From Epiperipatus broadwayi (taxonomy: Eukaryota; Animalia; Onychophora): a stretch of 64,000 bases of DNA. Positions 1 to 12,329 of this stretch are shown here, in pieces. Position numbers and translations under genes: made by a program. Every line of letters starts with the position of its first letter. The first letter of the stretch is position 1. Under the pieces are notes generated by a model that searched no databases, was not told the origin of the DNA, and worked only from the letters and a program-made list of their open reading frames with translations. Location of the stretch: NCBI GenBank assembly GCA_028023455.1, contig JAQFVV010000003.1, positions 3,596,001-3,660,000 of the forward strand, in the 5' to 3' direction.

Positions 1-1470
1 ATAGAGAGATTATTATTAAGGAGATTTTAGAAAGAAATTATGGAGAACATATGAGGGTTAGATTGAAATTGAATAAAGAGATATGCACGTTATATATTTA
101 GCTATAGAAAATGGGAAGGATTTAAAAGACTGAAATGAGGGTATTTAGAAATGTTTATATAGGGATGTAGTTGAGTTTAAAAACAATTATTGTAAAGTAG
201 TGATTGTGGTATAAATAGTCATATAAAAGAAATTGTCGAAAATTGGTATTTAAATGAAGTATATGTTGAAGAGTTTATATTTTTGAGGCAAAATCTGAAA
301 TATACTTTTAATTGTGTTTGGTTGATAATGGAGAACAGAAAGCATTTATTGAGGGGAAAAACTTCATAGTTGGGGATTCTACTTTTATATTGGTAGAATT
401 AGAAATATCTGAAATGCTGAATAATGATATTTACAGGTAAGTTGATGGTGATAGAAGGGAAATAAATAATGAAGTTAAAATTGAAAGGGTTTAATAATAT
501 TTTGGAAAGAATTATGAAAAAAGAAGTGAATTTAAAAGTTATGAAGAATGAAACGATATAATGAAAAAGTTTGCAAATGAATGGTTATTTAGAGCCAGTA
601 GATTTAAAAAGAAAAAATTGAAGAAAAATACATAACAAAATGTACATGAAAGGCATTTAAAGACTATAAAAAGATTGTTAAGAAACAAATGTCAAAAAGG
701 AAGGTAAATGATAGTTGAGATAGCTACCGTAACATAGTTAAGATGGAGATAGGATTGACTCAGAAATTAACTGAAGAAACTGAGAATGAGAAAATAGACA
801 ATTGAAAAAAAATTTGGAGTTGCATAAAAAAAAAGAAATAAGAAAATAAAAAAATGTATTATTAAGTACATATGGAAGAGAATACAAAGATAGGAATAAA
901 TTTGAAGAAAAATATCCAATGAAAGGGAATTTCTAAATAAGTGTTATTCATTAGAGAAGAGGGGGAAAATTATGGATGTAGATTTGATTAGAACAATAAG
1001 TAAATTAATAAAAGAAAAAGTAAGATGACTATCTGTTGTGACAACTGAAATGATTATAGATATGGGAGGATATGCAAGAATTGGTTTAAAAGGAAATTTT
1101 ATTATACACAATAAGTATTTATGGATGATTCCAGAAGAATGGAAAGATGTTAGAATTAGATTATTATGTAAAGAAAGAGGAAGGGATAAAACTGGATTTG
1201 TTCAGAAGAAAGATAATTTATTTGTTGTTATTCAATTGATTGAAAAATAAACTCATTAGTCGTATTTTTAAATATAAAGAAGATATATTAGAAGGGATAT
1301 TAGATTGTTTAATTATAACTTATAAATCATTATATATGAAAAATGCTAGAGAAATTTCAAAACTGGGTTTGTTCAGGAGAAAGATAAGATAATTTATTTA
1401 TTATTATTTAATTGATTGAAAAATAAACACATTAATCATTGTATTTTTAAATATAGAGAAGATATATTGT
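1..1470 (+). mobile_element. Degenerate non-LTR retrotransposon (RTE-like) linker/RT N-terminal remnant with internal ~110 bp duplication
   Basis: ORF 1038-1250 reads PEEWKDVRIRLLCK...TGFVQKKDNLFVVIQLIEK, resembling the LINE motifs P.EWK.A.I.PI.K and Q.GF..G.ST.D.IF...QLIEK. 1195-1300 is repeated at ~1362-1470. Many stops. Confidence 0.6.
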
Positions 1471-3574
1471 ACTAGGAATCCACTCTCTACCACATTCTAT
1501 TTTACGACCCTACACATCTAATTCAAGCCAATCTACTATTAATCTAGTTATTTAAATTAACTACCAGACCTCACATGTGGAGAACACATTCACAATCCAC
1601 ATATAGTATTACTTCAAGCCCATTTAAAAAATAAATCATACTGTAATAAGAATCTATTATTAAAAAGCGGATCAATCTAATAACTATTACTTATATTTCC
1701 TGATCACTTTTCTGGTATGAATCCCTATAAGAATCTGTAAAACTTGCCATTAATAAAATATTTTTATAAAGATCGAATCACATAGACTCTATACACCACG
1801 TTCTTCTTTCAGAGAAAGAATACTTTAAACAGCTCTTATAAAGACATCCACCTATAGTTCCCTACAGAATATTCCAGGTTCAAGCTCGGTAGTACTCTTA
1901 AATTCTTAAGGCGAATGGTATACAATATAAAAAAATAGACAAAAACAAAATTTATATTTACTGTAGAGTGAGATGAGCAGATAAATTGAACACTAAATAT
2001 AGACTTAACACAATAATTAATTTATTACTATTAAATAAACAAATAAAACCTATAAACACAATTTAACAAAATATAGCCTATTAGAAAAATACAATATTAA
2101 GATATAAGTGCCCCCCCCCCCTTCTTTGAATTACACGGAGATATATAGTTATACACAAATACATTATCCAAAATTATTAAATAATTGTTTAAAAAACATT
2201 AATTTTTAAAAAGGTCAAATATTTCTGTACAAAATAAAATAATTAATATTTCATATGCCCCCATATATATATCTGTAAGTAAAGATTGAATTATCAATTG
2301 CATTTATAATGTAAAAAAATTAAATTACTGACATATTTGGTAGTATTTTATTGCACCCCCCCCCCACCACAAATAGTATATATATATATTGAATAATTTA
2401 TCATGTTTTAATATAAAAAATAAATCAATGTTATACATTAAATAGGTTTAAAATATATTAAAATTAAATAAATAATTAACCTTACTTCAGGTGTATGGTT
2501 TGGTTTTTTATTTTAAATATTTGATTTGCTGAAAACTAAAAATATCTGGAACTAAGTTTTCTTCAAAGAAAAAAAAAGTTTCAGTGTGTTAAGATATTCA
2601 TTCCTTTTTTCTCTTTTACTTCCTTTTTTTTTTTTTTTTACAAAAAAAAAAAAAAGAATCACTATTTAAAACTTCCAGCATTCTCTTCATTTGTAAAATT
2701 ATAAAACAGGAGGCACAAGGATTCAAATTTAGCCATCTATTTTACATGATCATTTTTCCATTATGCAGGCACTTGCATATAGAACAATTATGTTCAGGCT
2801 CACATGTTGACAAGGGAAAAAAATTGGTGTACTAAATGATTTCTTCTACTCTATTTTGCTTTCTTTAACCATTCTAAAAAACAGCATTTTGACAAGACAA
2901 GAATCGGTAATCCACACAAAAACATTTATTCTTAGCAAGTGATTTCTGCCACTTGGTAATGATATATAGTTATTATATAGATCTCCCCAGAAATCCCACC
3001 TAAACTTTCTTTTCAAAAGTACAGTTTCTTAGTCATGATTTTGCTCTATCTCTCACTGCTAAACAAACAACCCCAAGAACAAAAATCTTTCAACTTTAAT
3101 TTTAAAACCAAATTTATAACAACACACATGAAAAGAAACTGCTGTTTATCTGTTTTTTTTTAGTGCTATTTTTTCCTAATTACATTCCTAGATAAATCTT
3201 TTAATTAAATAATAAAATAATAGGTATAATCATTACACAAAAAAGAAAATATATTTTTCAAATCTCTAACTTTGAAAAGAAAAAAAAAACAAAATTCCTT
3301 TCTCTTTTATAAAAGAAAAAAAAAATTTTATGATCCACAATTAAAAAAATAAAATACATGTATAAATACTGGAAAATTATTTCAGTATATATTTTATTAT
3401 ATTTATGAATAAATTATATATGTCATGTATGTGTACATATTATGTCTACTAACATATTTTTAATCCAAATCTATGTTTATTTTAAAATATTTCTTTTGCT
3501 CATTAGTATATTAATATTTTTAGGCTAGCTGATGCCAACTTGTGATGGGGTTTGATCATCACCAATCACAATAT

Positions 3575-3660
3575 GTTAGAATAGATAGGTATAGATTATG
3601 AAGATGTCTTCAAAATAAATTTTAAATTGTATGATTAATGATCTTTACAAAGATAATCAT
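3575..3660 (+). mobile_element. RTE RT remnant, left half (interrupted by the hammerhead palindrome)
   Basis: Reads RIGIDYEDV...NDLYKDN (RT domain 3 region). Joins in frame to sequence after 5447 when the insert and one TSD copy are removed. Confidence 0.55.
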
Positions 3661-3708
3661 AAATGCTACTACAAGAGAAGACATTCAAATCATTTTTATC
3701 TTGGATTG

Positions 3709-3762
3709 TCCCCATCCCCAGACCGGTTTCGACCTATGGGTCTCTTCAGTGAGGAGTTGGGA
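3709..3762 (-). ncRNA. Type I hammerhead ribozyme (locus 1 copy A)
   Basis: Minus strand: stem I CUCCUCA / CUGAAGA / GACC-CAUA-GGUC / GAAA / C-CG-G / UC cleavage / UGGGGA. Confidence 0.88.
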
Positions 3763-4134
3763 CATTAGATCTAAAAAACCAACTCAAGCAAAGCATTTAT
3801 CTAAAAGATAATTGTTAGAAGAAGATCTGAAACTTTTAGACATCTACATGTCTTTAAAGTCAGCTCTCCAACTGAAAAAATCATATGGGCCTGAACTTAA
3901 TTCAGATATTCCATATATTAGTAGGCTTAGCTCTTTAATTTAGCTAAAGCCACAACAGCAAAATAATAATAGTAATAATAACAAGTCAGATGTCACATGA
4001 CTTATATATAGCTTGCACTTACAAATATGTAAAATTAAGAGCGTGCTAATAGCTCTAAACAAGCTTTTTTTTTTTTTATTTATGATAAATGCTACTACAA
4101 GAGAAGACATTCAAATCATTTTTATCTTGGATTG

Positions 4135-4188
4135 TCCCCATCCCCAGACCGGTTTCGACCTATGGGTCTCTTCAGTGAGGAGTTGGGA
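4135..4188 (-). ncRNA. Type I hammerhead ribozyme (locus 1 copy B)
   Basis: Identical motif to copy A, one period downstream. Confidence 0.88.
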
Positions 4189-4559
4189 CATTAGATCTAA
4201 AAAACCAACTCAAGCAAAGCATTTATCTAAAAGATAATTGTTAGAAGAAGATCTGAAACTTTTAGACATCTACATGTCTTTAAAGTCAGCTCTCCAACTG
4301 AAAAAATCATATGGGCCTGAACTTAATTCAGATACTCCATATATTAGTAGGCTTAGCTCTTTAATTTAGCTAAAGCCACAACAGCAAAATAATAATAGTA
4401 ATAATAACAAGTCAGATGTCACATGACTTATATATAGCTTGCACTTACAAATATGTAAAATTAAGAGCGTGCTAATAGCTCTAAACAAGCTTTTTTTTTT
4501 TTATTTATGATAAATGCTACTACAAGAGAAGGCATTCAAATCATTTTTATCTTGGATTG

Positions 4560-4613
4560 TCCCCATCCCCAGACCGGTTTCGACCTATGGGTCTCTTCAG
4601 TGAGGAGTTGGGA
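4560..4613 (-). ncRNA. Type I hammerhead ribozyme (locus 1 copy C)
   Basis: Identical motif in the third, partial unit. Confidence 0.88.
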
Positions 4614-4798
4614 CATTAGATCTAAAAAACCAACTCAAGCAAAGCATTTATCTAAAAGATAATTGTTCAGGCCCATATGATTTTTTCAGTTGGAGAGCTG
4701 ACTTTAAAGACATGTAGATGTCTAAAAGTTTCAGATCTTCTTTTAACAATTATCTTTTAGATAAATGCTTTGCTTGAGTTGGTTTTTTAGATCTAATG

Positions 4799-4852
4799 TC
4801 CCAACTCCTCACTGAAGAGACCCATAGGTCGAAACCGGTCTGAGGATGGGGA
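4799..4852 (+). ncRNA. Type I hammerhead ribozyme (locus 1 copy D)
   Basis: CTGAAGA at 4812-4818, stem II GACC/GGTC, GAAA, GTC ending 4840. The variant TGAGGA gives a U-A instead of U-G pair in stem I. Confidence 0.88.
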
Positions 4853-5220
4853 CAATCCAAGATAAAAATGATTTGAATGTCTTCTCTTGTAGTAGCATTT
4901 ATCATAAATAAAAAAAAAGTTTGTTTAGAGCTATTAGCACGCTCTTAATTTTACATATTTGTAAGTGCAAGCTATATATAAGTCATGTGACATCTGACTT
5001 GTTATTATTACTATTATTATTTTGCTGTTGTGGCTTTAGCTAAATTAAAGAGCTAAGCCTACTAATATATGGAGTATCTGAATTAAGTTCAGGCCCATAT
5101 GATTTTTTCAGTTGGAGAGCTGACTTTAAAGACATGTAGATGTCTAAAAGTTTCAGATCTTCTTCTAACAATTATCTTTTAGATAAATGCTTTGCTTGAG
5201 TTGGTTTTTTAGATCTAATG

Positions 5221-5274
5221 TCCCAACTCCTCACTGAAGAGACCCATAGGTCGAAACCGGTCTGGGGATGGGGA
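5221..5274 (+). ncRNA. Type I hammerhead ribozyme (locus 1 copy E)
   Basis: CTGAAGA 5234-5240, GACC 5241-44 / GGTC 5249-52, GAAA 5253-56, GTC 5260-62 (predicted cleavage after 5262). Confidence 0.88.
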
Positions 5275-5437
5275 CAATCCAAGATAAAAATGATTTGAAT
5301 GTCTTCTCTTGTAGTAGCATTTATCATAAATAAAAAAAAAAAGCTTGTTTAGAGCTATTAGCACGCTCTTAATTTTACATATTTGTAAGTGCAAGCTATA
5401 TATAAGTCATGTGACATCTGACTTGTTATTATTACTA

Positions 5438-5960
5438 AGATAATCATTATAAATGTCAATTAGGGTATGTAGAATTGATAGAAATTAAATATGATATTAT
5501 AATGAAAGCTTGATATCCATTATTATTTGTATTATTTATTTTGTTTTTAAGAGAGTTGGAGGTTAGGATAGAAAGGTTAGGGTTAAAAATGGAGATTCCT
5601 ATAGTCAGAAGCAGGAAAAATAAATGGTATCTTTTTTTTTTTTGTGAATGATAAGACGTTTTCTACTAGTAGTATAAAATATATGGAATTGTTATTAGAG
5701 AACTGTCATGAGATTGAAAAAAGTATAAAAATTTAATTTAGAGAGATAAAATCTATGATATTAGTGTGTAATGGGAAGAGTAAAACTAAAAGTTGAGAAA
5801 TAGGAAATGATTGTCTTGAAAAGTGAAGGAATATAGATATTTAACTACTTTGTTTAACTGGGGAAAGGAAATCAGAGTTGAGAAAAAAATCCAAAAATAG
5901 AATATGATTGATTAAGTCATGTTTATCATAATAAATATAAGATATATAAAATAATAGGTT
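5438..5960 (+). mobile_element. RTE RT remnant, right half
   Basis: Continues ...KDNHYKCQLG through degenerate RT domain 4-7-like sequence; heavily mutated. Confidence 0.5.
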
Positions 5961-8900
5961 ACGAGTAATGAATATGTATGTACTTTAACATTTAGAAATG
6001 AAGAGCTTTCAATTTCCAGAGAAGTCACAAATTTTTGAACAGAATATAAAACAAAGTAGATAAATATACATTAGATGGTGAATTACAATCAGCAAATGAG
6101 ATTAATCACAAGAAATTTTTTTTAATGACAAATTAATAGCAAATTTAAAATGTTTAGAAGGTTACAATATGTGAGTGAAAATAGACTAGTAGAAAATATT
6201 CTTTAATCATGCTAATAATTTCAATTCTTTAACAGACTTTCTCATAGCTGTAAACACCCACAAAAAAACATATACAAGTAACCATTTATAATAGTACTAT
6301 GTAAATTGTCTATCTTGACATATTAAACTAATTACATTTATACTAAATGTACCTGGCCTAAATAGGCTGTGGGTTTTTTAATTTGTTGTTTTAACTTTTT
6401 TTTTTCCAAGAGATTATGTAAATTAAACAAAAGATTTTAATATTATAAATAAATGTGAGAATTATACACTAATCTGAAAACTGTTGTTTTGATTTCAATT
6501 ATATGCTAACCAAAACGAAATAATAATTTAATCATTTAGATGCAGTTTATCTCATCAAAAGTCTACTTAAAATATTCATATATTACTTTTCATTTTATAA
6601 GTCTGATTCAACAAAAGATCTGAAATCTATCAATAAATCAAAATATACAGTATTTTTACTGTCTTTAACTTAATTCTTTCTCATTCATTTTTATAAATGA
6701 CTGGATTACTATATATAGCTTTTAATTATTAGTATTATTAAAACTTCATTAACTTTAAAATATTTTGTTAACTTTTATTTCAGCAGTCTATGCTATCTGC
6801 ATCATTTTTAATAAGCTTATTTCACACTAAATCATTAACTACCTGTTAGTACTGGAATTAATAAATCTCATACTCTAAGAAATATGAAATGATGGTTCTC
6901 TTAAATACTAATATTCAATCTCTATTAATCAGATATAATCACATAAATGAGGAATTCACACATTCCTTTAAGATTAAATGGTAAATTAATACATATATGT
7001 CAACAATGTCAATCAAATCAATAGGCAAGAGATCAATAAAATCAATCATTTTCAAATAATAAATATTACAATTCAAATATAATGAAATATATATTTATCT
7101 TTATTTTGTAATTAAAATTTTTAAAACAATTGCAATAATATGAAATTTAAACTCTTGTAACCTTAATAAGTAAATTTTGTGTATTTGACATTTCAATATC
7201 AGACCTATGTTTGCAAACATTTAATTTGTATAATGACTAATATTATATTTTAACATTTTATTTTAAATAAATTTTCTTAACTTTTACATTAGCCATTTGA
7301 TTTTAATGTCATATTTTCAATATCCTATATTTAAAATTAGTTCAGAATTATTTTTAACTTGATCACTATTTTAACCTAGGTTTGATAAGATTTTACCTTT
7401 TTAAAACTGATAAACTAGTTGTCTTTAATTCATTAATGGAGCAAATTTAACCCTTTAAAATATTCCTTTTTTAAATTTATAAATTTCATCTATAATAATT
7501 AATACTTGACTGAAATGTGCTTGTTATATACCTGAAATTATTATTAATATATTTAATTTTTATAATATTATGTATTAAGAAAATATTTAAATTTTAAGAA
7601 AAGTTATTCATTTAAACATAAAGTTCTTTTTTATGAAAAGTGTTTTAAATATACTTTCTTTAGTTTGACTTGTACTATGGACAATGATTTTTTTATTCTT
7701 TATGATGTACATATTTGTCAATGTTTCTTTAGTTTCATAAATTTTAATCTCACAAAAACTGTACTGAACAGTAGTGAATCCACAACAATGGATTCATTTT
7801 TGTTACTCCATGGATTTTTAAATATTTATCTAGCTGATTTTGAAAATAGTGACTAAGTTTAATGTTTATTTTTATATCTCATTTGCACAGCATTGGGAAT
7901 TATTACTTTTGTCAGTGTTTTGCAATGAATTATTTTAAGCACAACTATGGCTTAACATTGCTTTATCTTTTTTTCATTAAGTTTCAGGCATGCAAAATGA
8001 TCTACAATAATGGTGGCTAGCAAAAAGGAAGCCTCTATTTTTTGTTCTCACTATTTATATTTATTTTTTATTCAAAGATATAAATTTTATCAAATCATTT
8101 ATATAAAGTGGTATTTGAAGCATACATTTTATAACTCTTTTTATATCATTAAAATTTTTGAATTATATAATTGATAAATAAATTAATGAATTATCTAGTT
8201 TTTAAGTTTCAGTAGCAGATTAAAAAGATCATTTTATTTATTTTTTATAATAGATTTAAACAAAATATAAAAAGTGCACATGAAAGTTTTATTTTTAAGT
8301 GAAACTTTGATGTCATTAAGTCATATCATAATCATTATTTACAAGGCTGTATTAAAATAAGAAAAATAATCTTAAATCTATTAATAAACAACTTTAATTA
8401 TTAAACATTCTAGAATTATACCAATTCAAATCTAATGAACCAAACAATTTTTAATTAGCTTTTTGGGAAACTTATAACTTAAATTAAATGATGATTATCA
8501 AATATGGTTTTCTTCAAGACTTTAACACATTTAGTATATTTTTGTTTATAGAAACTTAAACACATTTTGTGTAATTAATAAAATGTAAAGCTAGTGTATT
8601 TGAAATAAATTTACATGATTACTTCACTTTATAATCACTCTATATTTGGATAGTAAAGAATGTTACGAATTTTGAAATTTGGATATAATCTTGAATCATC
8701 TACTTATTTCATTCTTTTTCTAACTTAGCCATGAAATCTTAAGTCTTTTGTTATAACTGCTACAATAATCTCTTTTTCTAATTTTTAATTTTGATTATTA
8801 TTACCATTTATTCCTTCTAAATTTATTTTCTAGAATTGCAATTCTACACTAATGGACTGACCATTGTAATATATATATATTTAATGTTTTCATGGTTATA

Positions 8901-9220
8901 TGATGTAAATAAAGTATTTTTGGGGTTAAACCTTGTGTTATTTTTGATTGCTTTCCAATGATAAATATTCTATAATTAGCAATTTTAAAATTATTAAAGT
9001 TAATACTTAAAGGAGATTTGAACCCAGACTTTCAACCTCCCTTCAGTCATTTACTCTATCCAATATAATTGATTCACATGTGAACATACATGTGAAAAAG
9101 ATAAATAATAATCAAAAAAGATAAATAGTAATCAAAAATAACACAATTTAGCCCAAAAGCTATTTTATATAAGTAAGTGTAATAATATCTCAAGGCTAAA
9201 TGGGTTTGTAATTAATCATT

Positions 9221-9382
9221 AAAAACCAATCAACAATTAGACAATCTCAATATCGATAACAATCAACAAATTAAAACTGTTATCAAAGCAATCTTGTATT
9301 GTTAAAGGAGGTTGCCTTGACAACAGTTTGAATTTGTTGATTGTTATTGATATTGGGATTGTCTAAGTGTTGACTGGATTTT
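9221..9382. repeat. ~160 bp imperfect hairpin (small MITE-like palindrome)
   Basis: aaaaccaatcaacaattagacaatctcaatatcgataacaatcaacaaatt... pairs with ...aatttgttgattgttattgatattgggattgtctaagtgttgactggatttt. About 70 bp arms, short loop, TTAA at both edges. Confidence 0.75.
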
Positions 9383-10029
9383 AAAGATTATATATATATG
9401 TATTAACAAATTTTGTAATATAACAGTTCAATATTAATAACAAAACAAATTTCTCAAAAGATTTCAGATTTCTACCATTTAGTTAAGAAATCTAAGGTCA
9501 CAATATTTATAAAATTTTGTGTTTTTCACATGGACCTCTCTGTATGACTTTACAGTGCAGTTCAAACTTTAAAGAGTCCCCAATTTTTGACATCTTATCT
9601 CTTTATAAGAAATCTTTATCTGAAGAACAATACAGTAATTTCTTGATTTATAATTTGCATCATTAATTTAACATTTTTTTTTACTTATAACTGAGAAACT
9701 TAACAGTAGTCAACATTTGTACATAATGATGTTATTCTTTATTTAACAAATAATGTTTTTTTTTTTTTTTTTGTACAATTTATTCTGTTAATTAAAGTAC
9801 AAATTAATAGATGTTTGCTTTTGGAGTATCCTTCTATATTAACTACAGATGGGTTTGAAGAAAGCTAGACTCATTTACTATCATCATAACATTTGAATTC
9901 ATAATACTATAATTTGGCAGATTATGTGAAACTATTCTTTAATAAATTTAATTAAACAGGTAACAAACTGATTCCAATTTTTTTTTCATTTTTTTTTTTT
10001 ATCTTCTGGTATTTCTCTTCCAATTTTTG

Positions 10030-10045
10030 CTAATGTGAATAACGT
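10030..10045 (-). CDS. Candidate terminal coding exon
   Basis: tttttttcag|ACGTTATTCACATTAG; ends ...RYSH* in one phase, or runs on as TLFTLAKIGREIPEDK in another. Confidence 0.25.
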
Positions 10046-10109
10046 CTGAAAAAAAGATCTTCAAATACTCATAAATATTTTAGATAATATAATTATAAAA
10101 ATCAATTAC

Positions 10110-10122
10110 CTGTTCTTCAGAG
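10110..10122 (-). CDS. Candidate 13 nt microexon
   Basis: tattttgcag|CTCTGAAGAACAG|gtaatt, followed by a 64 nt intron ending ttttttcag. Confidence 0.3.
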
Positions 10123-11159
10123 CTGCAAAATATAAAAAAAATTAATTGTATTTAAATTTACCTAGCCAGTGATTTCATTCAGTACTTTTCTTAAAAAAAA
10201 AAAGGTTTGAACATTAATTTATATATATAAATCAACTTCTAAGTATCCATTTGTAGATTATTTTTGGACTAAATTGTATATATTATCATTTGTCTGTGAT
10301 TATTTTATTCATTATTTGTTTTGTTTTTTTGTTTGTTTGTTTATTTAGCCATAGTTTTATATATATACAATTCTGTAAAAGACATGGTTATTTTTTTAAT
10401 ATATATAAATGCATTTCTTATGAAATGCTCAAGTGAATCTTAATAAGGTGGCATGTACTACCACCAATAATTAAGTAGTCTATTGCCTTGATACTACTTT
10501 TCCTGTTCCAAACTGAATACTTACATTCATAAGTTTTTAACTTGAATAAACCCAATAAATAATAAAAGTTTTTTATTTAATAGAAATCATTTGAGCTGTT
10601 TGTTGTCTTTGATTTATTTGTAATTTAAAAACAAAAACATTTTCTTAGAGCATATTGAAGTTAGAAAAGTAAGCATTGCCTGATATTAATTAAATACGCA
10701 TACCTTGAAGGTAATTTATACATATAATATTAAGTTTTTTAATGATTAAATAGTGAAAAAAAAATTAACATACCACTTTATACATTTATTTTTATTTCAA
10801 TTTAAAAATTAAAAAAGTATATTTTTAGAAAAAATTGTTTTATTTTTTTAAACTAAAAATAATCAAAACATGCTTCTAAAATGATTTCTATTGAATAAAA
10901 TTCTGTTATTTACTGTGTTTATTCTGTTAAATGCTTATGAACATAAATATTTAGTCTGAGAGTAAGATAGAATATCTAGACAATAGACAACTTGGTTTTC
11001 ATTATTAGTACTTTGCCATTATTTACCATCTTCTTAACACAGTTCATTCTAGCATAACATAGCAAATTCATTTATATTTATTGTAATGGTAATTTTTAGG
11101 CTTTTCCAATGTACATAAACATGTAACATAATTCTAAAGCAGTATGTAATTTGATTATA

Positions 11160-11755
11160 CTGAATATTTCCTATATATGTAATTCAAGGAATTTGAACTC
11201 AGGATTTTCAGTCTATTCATCCTCCACTCCATCTCAAGCAATTGATACATATGACAACATTCATGTGAAAAAGATATGTGATCCCTAATACATCTATTTC
11301 ATGCAGAACCAGCACTCATCCCATCTCTCTATTATTAATATATATGGATATATAATAGTTCGATAATATGAAGGGTTAGATTGACATAATGTCTACATGA
11401 ATATGACTACAAAATCAAATCCAATAAGGATTTTGAGCTTTACATCATTGGTTTTTTAATAAAGTGAATGGCTGAACAGTTGGAAGGGTGAGAAAATTGA
11501 AGCCTGTTCATTAAAGTTTGAGGAATTGCTATTTTAATATAAACTGATGTGTATATATATATATGTATGAGAGATTATGATCTGGACCAATTATGAGTGC
11601 TGGTATTGCAGGAAATATGTTTATTGGGGATAATGTATCTTTTTCACATGCATGTGGTCATGTATATTGGTTGCTTTAGATGGAGTGGAGAATGAATAGA
11701 CTGAAAAATCTTGAGTTCAAATCTCTCTAATTACAAATATGAAATGGTAAATTTT
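11160..11755. mobile_element. MITE-like element with ~170 bp terminal inverted repeats; related single copy at ~9000-9110
   Basis: 11186-11320 (gaatttgaactcagg...catgtgaaaaagat...gcagaaccagcactcat) is the reverse complement of 11590-11740. The arms carry a GTTCAAATC B-box-like motif. Confidence 0.6.
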
Positions 11756-12329
11756 GACTCCAAATAAATATTTATATTAATTGGTTAATATCCATTTGAA
11801 TAAAAATGATTAAATTCAAACGCACTAATATTAACTCAATGATCTGGTAATGATGATAATTTATAACCAATCACTAACGGTTGAACTAAATATAACTCCT
11901 TGCAAAAGTATTTTTAATTTGATTTTTAAATTTAAAAAAAAAAATGCTTGAAACTTTTAAGATACCAAACCTTCTAAAAAGAGTTTATTTTTGAAAAACT
12001 TATTAACATCTTATTATCATTTGTAAATTATTATCATTATGTCTATATATCCCTCAATGGATTATATGATTTCTCAGGGTTATGTATATTAATAGCATAA
12101 TGTTTGGACTGAGTTCAATGAACAAAGACAAATTAAATGAATTAATAAAAAAACAACTACTTAACAATTTATTAGCAATAAATAGATAAGATCGTGCTTA
12201 TATATATTGCAACTATTATTAAGAATAATGTACAAAATAGTAAAGGTAGTAATAATTATGATATTTCTAACGTAAGGCCTTAAAAGAATTATATTGATAA
12301 GATCTTACCAAGTGCAAAATTTAAAAAGT

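Larger units (their letters stand above)
3661..5436. repeat. Locus 1: fold-back palindrome of ~425 bp hammerhead-ribozyme units (retrozyme/PLE pLTR-like), flanked by 11 bp TSD
   Basis: Units start at 3661, 4087 and 4512 (period 426/425). Orientation switches at 4665-4667 (shared GTT); the inverted arm runs 4665-5436. Direct repeat AAGATAATCAT at 3650-3660 and 5437-5447. Confidence 0.92.

Noticed and set aside
4013-4237. 74 aa ORF in the repeat unit
   Set aside because: Antisense to the ribozyme, starts at TTG, and is not conserved in the other loci; treated as non-coding.
5427-5435. TATTATTAC (nanovirus/CRESS rolling-circle nonamer) right at the element end
   Set aside because: Not conserved at the homologous ends of loci 3 and 4, no flanking stem-loop, and expected by chance in a (TTA)n-like tract.
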